IMG/VR virus record: IMGVR_UViG_2713896783_000005
Direction: 5' to 3' (one strand)
Origin: a virus
Lineage: Duplodnaviria; Heunggongvirae; Uroviricota; Caudoviricetes
Length of the DNA: 4,701 nt
Numbering within the stretch: the first letter of the stretch is position 1; each line of letters starts with the position of its first letter. The position numbers were made by a program, and so were the translations under genes. Under the pieces are notes generated by a model. That model made no database searches. It saw nothing but the letters and a program-made list of their open reading frames with translations, and was not told where the DNA came from. Of the stretch, positions 1 through 4,701 are shown piece by piece.

Positions 1-207
1 CAGGCTCTGTTACCGGCGATCGAAAAGGCAATGCCGCCTCTGCTGGTGGCCCGTATGCGCAGTCACAGCTCTGAATATTACCGTGAGATCGTCGAACGGA
101 GGGATCGGCTGGTGAAAGATGTGGATGATTTTGTCGCAGCGGCGATCGCCTGGGGCACCCTGACTAACAGTGGGGGTCAGCCTGGTAATGCTGTTGTCGT
201 GCATTGA
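1..207 (+). CDS. 3' end of upstream gene (5'-truncated by window edge); hypothetical protein, possibly a cII-like or other early regulatory protein
   Basis: Frame 1 is open from base 1 to TGA at 205-207 (...EYYREIVERRDRLVKDVDDFVAAAIAWGTLTNSGGQPGNAVVVH); E. coli-like codons (ctg, ccg, gcg); same strand as the rest of the operon. Function not recognisable from this fragment. Confidence 0.45.
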   Translation, partial: QALLPAIEKAMPPLLVARMRSHSSEYYREIVERRDRLVKDVDDFVAAAIAWGTLTNSGGQPGNAVVVH

Positions 208-275
208 CCAACAATATTCATGCCGGATTTCTTCCGGATGTTCGAGGGTAAAGTTCGGTATCAGATGAGGTGAGT

Positions 276-420
276 ATGGCTAATGCCTGGCTCAGATTGT
301 GGCATGACATGCCAAATGATCCCAAATGGCGAACCATTGCCAGGGTCTCAGGACAGCCAATCGCAACAGTGATGGCGGTGTATATCCACCTTCTGGTGAG
401 TGCGTCACGAAATGTCACGA
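276..420 (+). CDS. 5' fragment of an O-like replication initiator gene (first copy), cut off by the N gap
   Basis: ATG at 276 with the same RBS context as the full gene at 543; encodes MANAWLRLWHDMPNDPKWRTIARVSGQPIATVMAVYIHLLVSASRNVT, identical in protein to the start of the 543-1586 CDS; runs into N at 421. Confidence 0.4.
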
Positions 421-470
421 NNNNNNNNNNNNNNNNNNNNNNNNNNNNNNNNNNNNNNNNNNNNNNNNNN
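421..470. other. Assembly/scaffold gap (50 N)
   Basis: Run of exactly 50 n characters, flanked by near-identical sequence (204-420 vs 471-687). Confidence 0.95.
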
Positions 471-542
471 TTGACCAACAATATTCATGCCGGATTTCTT
501 CCGGATGTTCGAGGGTAAAGTTCGGTATCAGAAGAGGTGAGT

Positions 543-1586
543 ATGGCTAATGCCTGGCTCAGATTGTGGCATGACATGCCAAATGACCCCAAGTGGCGAA
601 CGATTGCCAGGGTATCAGGACAGCCAATCGCAACAGTGATGGCAGTGTATATCCATCTTCTGGTGAGCGCGTCACGAAATGTCACGACATGTCACGGCGT
701 GTCACTACGTGGTCACATTGATGTCACGACGGAAGATTTAGCAAGTGCGCTTGATGTGACGGAAGACGTAATTGATTCAATTTTGCATGCAATGCAGGGG
801 CGGGTTCTGGATGGTGACCTTATTTCCGGATGGGAAAAACGTCAGGTGCTGAAAGAGGACAATGGTAACGTTTCGCAAACGGCAAAATCCCCGGCAGAGC
901 GCAAGAGAGCGCAGCGGGAGCGGGAAAAGCTGCGGAAACATAATGCTGATTGTCACGATGAGTCACGACGTGTCACGCATCTGTCACGACAAGTCACGAC
1001 AGATAAAGATACAGATAAAGATACAGATACAGAATTAAACCCCACACATAACGCGCGCGAGAGTATTCCGACCAGTGAGTCGAATGGTGCGCCGTTGCAG
1101 ACAGCCGAACCTGAATACCTGGACGGCCTGAGCGAACCGATCGGGAAATTTTCGATGACTACTGTCTGGCAGCCGTCGCCGGATTTTCGACAACGGGCAG
1201 CAGTGTGGGGTATGGCTCTGCCTGAGCCGGAATTTACACCTGCTGAGCTTGCCGCATTCCGGGATTACTGGATGGCGGAGGGGAAGGTTTTCACGCAGGT
1301 TCAGTGGGAGCAGAAATTTGCCCGCCACGTGCAGCACGTCAGGGCACAGGTAAAACCAGTCAGCAAGGGGGGAAGCCATGCAGCATCAGGTGGCACGGCA
1401 TCACGGGCAGTTCAGGAAATCCGGGCTGCACGCGAACAGTGGGAACGTGACAACGGATTTATCAGCAACGGAAACGGCCTGGAAGCTGTGGGAGCTCATG
1501 GGGGAGGTGTATTCGAACCGCTGGACTCAGAAGAACGGGGCCGCACCTTCGAAGCTCTGGATTGCCCAGATTGGTGCGATGACTGA
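543..1586 (+). CDS. Phage replication initiation protein (lambda O analogue) with N-terminal HTH-like domain and C-terminal DnaT-like ssDNA-binding domain
   Basis: ATG at 543 preceded by AAGAGG (532-537); the track's GTG at 537 lacks an RBS. The segment IGKFSMTTVWQPSPDFRQRAAVWGMALPEPEFTPAELAAFRDYWMAEGKVFTQVQWEQKFARHVQ closely matches my recollection of the E. coli DnaT C-terminal domain ([64 protein letters not shown]). Iteron arrays lie inside the gene as in lambda O. Stop TGA 1584-1586. Confidence 0.85.
   Translation: MANAWLRLWHDMPNDPKWRTIARVSGQPIATVMAVYIHLLVSASRNVTTCHGVSLRGHIDVTTEDLASALDVTEDVIDSILHAMQGRVLDGDLISGWEKRQVLKEDNGNVSQTAKSPAERKRAQREREKLRKHNADCHDESRRVTHLSRQVTTDKDTDKDTDTELNPTHNARESIPTSESNGAPLQTAEPEYLDGLSEPIGKFSMTTVWQPSPDFRQRAAVWGMALPEPEFTPAELAAFRDYWMAEGKVFTQVQWEQKFARHVQHVRAQVKPVSKGGSHAASGGTASRAVQEIRAAREQWERDNGFISNGNGLEAVGAHGGGVFEPLDSEERGRTFEALDCPDWCDD
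671..732 (+). repeat. Iteron array 1: six GTCAC(G) repeats at 10-11 bp spacing (putative initiator binding sites, origin)
   Basis: GTCAC begins at 671, 681, 691, 701, 712 and 723, about one helical turn apart. The first two repeats are also present in the upstream duplicate at 404-418. Confidence 0.6.
952..1000 (+). repeat. Iteron array 2: five GTCACG repeats at 10-11 bp spacing
   Basis: GTCACG begins at 952, 962, 972, 983 and 993; same motif and phasing as array 1. Confidence 0.6.
1001..1032 (+). repeat. A-rich tandem repeat (GATAAAGATACA x2 plus GATACA) directly after iteron array 2; possible DNA-unwinding element, encodes a DKDTDKDTDTE linker
   Basis: 12-bp unit at 1002-1013 and 1014-1025, partial unit at 1026-1031; its position next to the iterons mirrors the AT-rich region of the lambda origin. 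Confidence 0.5.
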
Positions 1587-2040
1587 ACAGCAAATCCGTC
1601 TGGTGTGCCGTCAGTGCATGGACCGCTGCCGGGCGGGTGAAACGTGGCCCCCGGACCTGGCTGAGTTTGTTGCGCTGATTTCGGAGAGTGGGGCAAATCC
1701 ATTTGGTCTTACGGTGGATGCCGTGATGGAAGAGTACCGGCGCTGGCGCAATGAATCCTGGCGATACGACGGGAGTGATAAATACCCGTGGCCACAGCCT
1801 GTGCTGTACCACATCTGCCTCGAAATGCGTACCAGAGGGATTGAGCGCCAGATGACGCAAGGTGAGTTAAAACGACTTGCGGAACGGCAACTGACGAAAT
1901 GGGCAAAGCATGTTGGTAACGGGATGAGTGTTCCGCCAGTGCGACGACAACTGGAAGGGGCGAAACACCCGCAAGGGCCAACGCCAATTGAACGGCTGAA
2001 ACAGGAATACGAACGCCGGAAGGCAGCTGGTTTTATTTGA
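1378..2040 (+). CDS. Replication protein P-like (DnaB helicase loader); start uncertain (alternatives ATG 1498 or ATG 1579)
   Basis: Resembles lambda P as I recall it: WPPDLAEFVALI vs LPSPGQFVAWC, KYPWPQPVLYHICLEMR vs SYPWKSNAHYWLVTNLY, and a basic C-terminal tail. ATG 1378 has a G-rich SD (AAGGGGGG, 1365-1372) but overlaps the O frame by 209 nt. Stop TGA 2038-2040. Confidence 0.7.
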   Translation: MQHQVARHHGQFRKSGLHANSGNVTTDLSATETAWKLWELMGEVYSNRWTQKNGAAPSKLWIAQIGAMTEQQIRLVCRQCMDRCRAGETWPPDLAEFVALISESGANPFGLTVDAVMEEYRRWRNESWRYDGSDKYPWPQPVLYHICLEMRTRGIERQMTQGELKRLAERQLTKWAKHVGNGMSVPPVRRQLEGAKHPQGPTPIERLKQEYERRKAAGFI

Positions 2041-2073
2041 ATCTGAGAAACGATTTTGTCGGAGGAAATATTA

Positions 2074-2790
2074 ATGGAAACCGTATTTGACGCACTGAAA
2101 GCACTGAAAAAAGCCTCTTCACAGGTAGTGGCATCGCGCCTTGGAATCAGCCGCGAAGATGCTGTCAACGAACTGTGGAAACTGAAGCGCCGTGGTGAAG
2201 CGGATAACAAGGGGTCGATGTGGTGGCTGACTCAGACTGGTGAAAGTGAACCAGTGTCACCGGTACCGAAAGTGACAGCGCAAATGCTGACTGAGGCGAT
2301 TGAACATCATGGCCCACAAACGGCGGATGAGCTGGCACTGATGTTCGGGATTACCTCCCGCCGGGCGAATTCATCACTGGCCATGGCAATCAGCAAAGGG
2401 CGTCTGATTCGCGTGAATCAGGGCGGTAAATTTCGGTACTGCATACCGGGCGCTGATTTACCGGCAGAGCCGAAAGCCGCATCCATAACGGAAACGGATG
2501 GTAAAGCCTTTCCTCAGCCAGCAGGTGTTGCGTTACCAGTCGGGGAAGCGGAAACACAGGAAGAAATAAAAACGGAAAGTGTGGCGGTCACAGTGCAGTC
2601 ACAGCCGTCGTTCACCAGAAAGCATCCGGATGGTCTGATTTTACCATCGCTGCATGTGGCTAACCGCGAGCTGCGCCGGGCAAAAGGTCAGGTTCAGAAG
2701 TGGGAGCGAGTCTGCGCCGCGCTGCGGGAGCTGAACAAGTGCCGGGATATTCTCCGGGATATTACCGCCACCAGAGAACAGCAGCGGTGA
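2074..2790 (+). CDS. Hypothetical prophage protein with two tandem winged-helix-like modules (possibly DUF1627-like)
   Basis: ATG 2074 preceded by GGAGG (2061-2065) at 8 nt; the track's start at 2056 is a TTG with no RBS. Two similar segments ([12 protein letters not shown]...[20 protein letters not shown] and [46 protein letters not shown]) look like wHTH folds. Family name is from memory only. Confidence 0.7.
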   Translation: METVFDALKALKKASSQVVASRLGISREDAVNELWKLKRRGEADNKGSMWWLTQTGESEPVSPVPKVTAQMLTEAIEHHGPQTADELALMFGITSRRANSSLAMAISKGRLIRVNQGGKFRYCIPGADLPAEPKAASITETDGKAFPQPAGVALPVGEAETQEEIKTESVAVTVQSQPSFTRKHPDGLILPSLHVANRELRRAKGQVQKWERVCAALRELNKCRDILRDITATREQQR

Positions 2791-3104
2791 GTGGGTGGAA
2801 GACGTGGTGCCGGGCGGAAATCATGATACTCCGGCAGTGTGCGGGAACGATGAAGGTAAAAAGCGTTGGCGCACTTATCGGACGAACTGAAGCGGCAGTG
2901 AGAACGAAGGCACGGGAGCTGGGCATCAGCATGATGTTACGTGGTGATTTTCACCCGTCGGCAAAATATTCTCAGCGTGATATTGAGCTGGCGCGGCAAC
3001 TGCATCAGAGAGGCATGCAAAGAAGGGAAATTGCCAGAAAATTAGGCATGCCGCTGCGCATAGTGAATAACTACGTTTATTTCGACAGGAGGGTGTCTGC
3101 GTGA
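2787..3104 (+). CDS. Small DNA-binding protein with two tandem GcrA-N-terminal-like HTH modules; start uncertain (GTG 2787, or ATG 2823/2850)
   Basis: Two repeats of the pattern W/Y-x-x-x-E/D-I-x-x-L...G-x-x-x-x-E-I-A/V...LG ([11 protein letters not shown]...[17 protein letters not shown] and [27 protein letters not shown]), resembling the GcrA N-terminal domain as I recall it. GTG 2787 overlaps the upstream TGA (2788-2790) as GTGA. The track's 2700 start would overlap the upstream gene by 90 nt and is rejected. Confidence 0.55.
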   Translation: MSGWKTWCRAEIMILRQCAGTMKVKSVGALIGRTEAAVRTKARELGISMMLRGDFHPSAKYSQRDIELARQLHQRGMQRREIARKLGMPLRIVNNYVYFDRRVSA

Positions 3105-3328
3105 AAATCCTGTATCAGGATTACGGCCCGGTGGGGCAGGTGGTTATCAGCAGTACTGTAATGGAGTTTCGGAAGCATAACCGTGTGGTGGATGCTGTGC
3201 TGTTAACCTGTCCGGGGATATCGGCGAGTCGTGCAGGTGTGTTTATTATGAAGACGAAATTATATGGCAGTAAGGCGTGGATAAAGAAGGCGTATCGTGT
3301 AGCGTTGCAGGAGGTTAACAGTGAGTGA
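3101..3328 (+). CDS. Hypothetical small basic protein (75 aa)
   Basis: GTG 3101 preceded by AGGAGG (3087-3092) at 8 nt and overlapping the upstream stop as GTGA (3101-3104); about 11 K/R vs 5 D/E; no family recognised. Confidence 0.5.
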   Translation: MKILYQDYGPVGQVVISSTVMEFRKHNRVVDAVLLTCPGISASRAGVFIMKTKLYGSKAWIKKAYRVALQEVNSE

Positions 3329-3632
3329 AATTAAAGAAATGCCGGTAGTTCGTGACGGATATGGCTACTGGACACATCCTGAATATGAAAAATTCTGTGA
3401 TGGTCGGGAATATATTTCAACGGAAGAGTTTAACGCCTGGATGGAGGAAAATAATCTTCAATACGTCCTCTGCTTCAGAGATGAAGGATGTGCTGACCTT
3501 GATGCGTGTGATGCTGATATTTCTGCATGGGAACCGGAACGACCAGAGGGCGATGGCTGGTTTATTGGTTCCATTCATGATACGGAAGATGGCCCGGTTT
3601 GTGTCTGGTTGCGAAATAAGGCTGAAGCATAA
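3321..3632 (+). CDS. Hypothetical strongly acidic protein (103 aa)
   Basis: GTG 3321 preceded by AGGAGG (3309-3314) at 6 nt; overlaps the upstream gene by 8 nt; about 25 D/E vs 8 K/R by my count, Trp/Cys-containing; stop TAA 3630-3632. Confidence 0.6.
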   Translation: MSEIKEMPVVRDGYGYWTHPEYEKFCDGREYISTEEFNAWMEENNLQYVLCFRDEGCADLDACDADISAWEPERPEGDGWFIGSIHDTEDGPVCVWLRNKAEA

Positions 3633-3731
3633 AGGCGATAAACCAACTAACAACTAAATACTGAAGATTTAAATCAGAAACGATTTTTATTAAATCCTTA
3701 ACCGGAGGGATTCCTGCACCCTCAGAACATC

Positions 3732-3759
3732 AGGAGGCCGCCCGAAAGGGCGGTAAGAA
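3732..3759 (+). promoter_or_regulatory. Structured translation-initiation region: AGGAGG, then a CCGCCC-GAAA-GGGCGG hairpin, then 6 nt to ATG 3760
   Basis: Perfect 6-bp GC stem (3738-3743 with 3748-3753) closed by a GAAA tetraloop; consensus SD AGGAGG at 3732-3737 lies 22 nt from the ATG in linear sequence but about 6 nt if the hairpin forms. Confidence 0.35.
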
Positions 3760-3978
3760 ATGAAACATTATTTAGAAAAAAATTACCCACGAAAGAGCAG
3801 AACAACAGAGTTTCTGTTTTTCATTCTGTTTATAGTGTTGATGATACCGATATCCCCGCTATTACTGGTCTGGATAATTGGAAGGACATTTGAACCAGTT
3901 ATTGAGCTATATACCGATGTGACATGGGAATCATTCAGCGCACTGCACAATAAAATTAATCCGTATAAGGAAAACTGA
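3760..3978 (+). CDS. Small single-pass membrane protein (72 aa), AT-rich moron-like gene
   Basis: ATG 3760; hydrophobic segment FLFFILFIVLMIPISPLLLVWIIG flanked by a basic N-terminus (KNYPRKSR); rare codons (ata, aga, agg, cta, tta) and low GC contrast with neighbours; preceded by a 127-bp AT-rich non-coding stretch. Confidence 0.6.
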   Translation: MKHYLEKNYPRKSRTTEFLFFILFIVLMIPISPLLLVWIIGRTFEPVIELYTDVTWESFSALHNKINPYKEN

Positions 3979-3979
3979 T

Positions 3980-4537
3980 ATGAGCACTATTACCAGAGAA
4001 CGCGCGGAGATTAAATCATACATCACAGGCTTCCTGAGCGACTCGGCGCACGATAACAAGTCTTCAGACAGCCTGCTGGCTAATGTGTTTCGTATCGCGC
4101 TGGCATCACTGGAAGCAGAGCCGATAGCAATGGTAGTGCCTGATGAAATGGATTTGCTTACCTGCCATCTCGACGGTGTAACTAAAACATATGCTGATGG
4201 CTGGAACGCCTGCCGCGTCGCCATGCTTCAGGCCGGAAACTTTCGGGAAAATAAGAATTCGTCAACCAACAATTTTCGGGAAATCTCGGAAACGTCAACC
4301 AGATCTCCGATAACTCTGGATGGCTGGATAAGCTGTACTGAGCGAATGCCTGAAAAGAGCCAGAACGTGCTTATTTCGATGAATATCGATAGCGAGGCTG
4401 GGCCATTAATATATTCCGCACGCTATCTCGGAGGCACGTTCCGGCGCGGAGGTATAGCAGTTAGTCCGGGTAATGATCTTAGGCAAGCAACCCACTGGAT
4501 GTCGCTACCAGAACCGCCGCAGGAGGTGAATCAATGA
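3980..4537 (+). CDS. Prophage protein with DUF551-like C-terminal domain
   Basis: ATG 3980 one nt after the upstream stop, with AAGGA (3967-3971) upstream; C-terminal segment DGWISCTERMPEKSQNVLISM...ATHWMSLPEPP matches my recollection of the DUF551 signature (W...LP...HWMPLPEPP). Stop TGA 4535-4537. Confidence 0.7.
   Translation: MSTITRERAEIKSYITGFLSDSAHDNKSSDSLLANVFRIALASLEAEPIAMVVPDEMDLLTCHLDGVTKTYADGWNACRVAMLQAGNFRENKNSSTNNFREISETSTRSPITLDGWISCTERMPEKSQNVLISMNIDSEAGPLIYSARYLGGTFRRGGIAVSPGNDLRQATHWMSLPEPPQEVNQ
4237..4302 (+). repeat. In-frame imperfect 33-bp tandem duplication inside the DUF551-like gene (encodes NFRENKNSSTN / NFREISETSTR)
   Basis: TTTCGGGAAA at 4241-4250 and 4274-4283, and CGTCAACCA at 4260-4268 and 4293-4301, both 33 bp apart; located at the junction between the N-terminal region and the DUF551-like domain. 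Confidence 0.55.
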
Positions 4538-4617
4538 CCTGGCCTGAAGCATTCACAACGGTAGGAATTGCGATGGCGGTGGCGCTGGTGGTGTATTCGA
4601 TTTGCCGCTGGGGATAA
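4534..4617 (+). CDS. Candidate 27-aa hydrophobic microprotein (MTWPEAFTTVGIAMAVALVVYSICRWG), not in the ORF track
   Basis: ATG 4534 overlaps the upstream stop as ATGA; consensus AGGAGG at 4521-4526 sits 7 nt upstream; single hydrophobic stretch long enough for a short TM helix; stop TAA 4615-4617. Confidence 0.35.
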   Translation: MTWPEAFTTVGIAMAVALVVYSICRWG

Positions 4618-4701
4618 AAACGGTTTGCGGGAAAAGGATAGTTAAGTAGAATTGCTGCGGGTGCTTGAGGCTATCTGCCTCGGGCATGAACACCAACGGC
4701 A

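Larger units (their letters stand above)
1..4701 (+). mobile_element. Segment of a lambdoid prophage: replication module (O-like, P-like) followed by nin-like accessory genes
   Basis: Unidirectional + strand gene array; O-like initiator with in-gene iterons followed by a P-like gene, as in the lambda O-P arrangement; short overlapping accessory ORFs downstream. Element boundaries are not in the window. Confidence 0.7.

Noticed and set aside
10-204. Minus-strand ORF (64 aa) opposite the upstream partial gene
   Set aside because: The + strand frame is open across the whole region with E. coli-like codons and matches the operon direction; the minus ORF has no recognisable product and is probably a GC-rich antisense artefact.
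204-240. Possible sigma-70 promoter (TTGACC at 204-209) and a CCGGA-TTTCT-TCCGG hairpin (223-237) upstream of the initiator gene
   Set aside because: No acceptable -10 hexamer at 16-18 bp spacing; the hairpin has only a 5-bp stem and no U-tract. In lambdoid phages this gene is normally transcribed from the upstream early-right promoter, so I do not call either feature.
218-518. Track ORFs 218-481 (-), 270-518 (+) and 326-550 (+) running through the N gap
   Set aside because: Their translations contain runs of X across the 50-N gap; they are products of the gap. Only the real 5' fragment 276-420 is kept.
671-1000. Periodic short repeats considered as a CRISPR array
   Set aside because: Repeat period is about 10 bp with no spacers of 25-40 bp, and the repeats lie in-frame inside a coding gene; this is an iteron array, not CRISPR.
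1035-2210. Minus-strand ORFs 1035-1379, 1462-1860, 1496-1702, 1611-2210 and 1709-1987
   Set aside because: All are antisense to the well-supported initiator and P-like genes, overlap each other in different frames, and give low-complexity Arg/Ser/Pro-rich translations typical of antisense frames in GC-rich coding DNA.
2700-2786. Upstream extension of the HTH gene to the track start at 2700
   Set aside because: It would overlap the preceding gene by about 90 nt with no RBS; the GcrA-like repeat begins only after 2787, so a start at GTG 2787 (or ATG 2823/2850) is more plausible.
3352-3657. Alternative + frame ORF (101 aa) and minus ORF 3417-3653 overlapping the acidic-protein gene
   Set aside because: No RBS; the 3321 frame has a perfect SD and coupling to the upstream gene; the translations look like off-frame products.
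3931-4224. Minus-strand ORF (97 aa) inside the DUF551-like gene
   Set aside because: Antisense to a gene with a recognisable conserved C-terminal signature and proper coupling; no independent support.
4618-4701. Possible terminator (GAGGC-TATCT-GCCTC, 4659-4673) and possible start of a next gene (ATG at 4686)
   Set aside because: The hairpin is short with no downstream T-run; the ATG has no clear RBS and only 16 nt of coding sequence are visible before the window ends.

Overview
The window reads as the replication (early-right) region of a lambdoid prophage in an Enterobacteriaceae host with E. coli-like codon usage, and every supported gene is on the + strand. In order: the 3' end of an upstream gene (1-207); a 50-N scaffold gap (421-470) flanked by two ~96% identical copies of the start of the replication initiator gene; an O-like initiator (543-1586) whose C-terminal half resembles host primosomal protein DnaT and whose coding sequence carries two arrays of helically phased GTCACG iterons plus an A-rich tandem repeat (probable origin); a lambda-P-like helicase loader (to 2040); a chain of four translationally coupled accessory genes (2074-3632), three with GTG starts overlapping the upstream stop; then an AT-rich, rare-codon moron-like insertion with a structured leader encoding a 72-aa single-TM protein (3760-3978), coupled to a DUF551-like protein (3980-4537) and an unlisted 27-aa hydrophobic ORF (4534-4617). 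I see no rRNA, tRNA, CRISPR array or IS/transposase. No homology search was possible, so all family assignments are from memory of protein families and need confirmation. The best candidates for an undescribed function are the coupled HTH/basic/acidic trio (2787-3632) and the membrane-protein/DUF551/microprotein module (3633-4617); both are hypotheses only.
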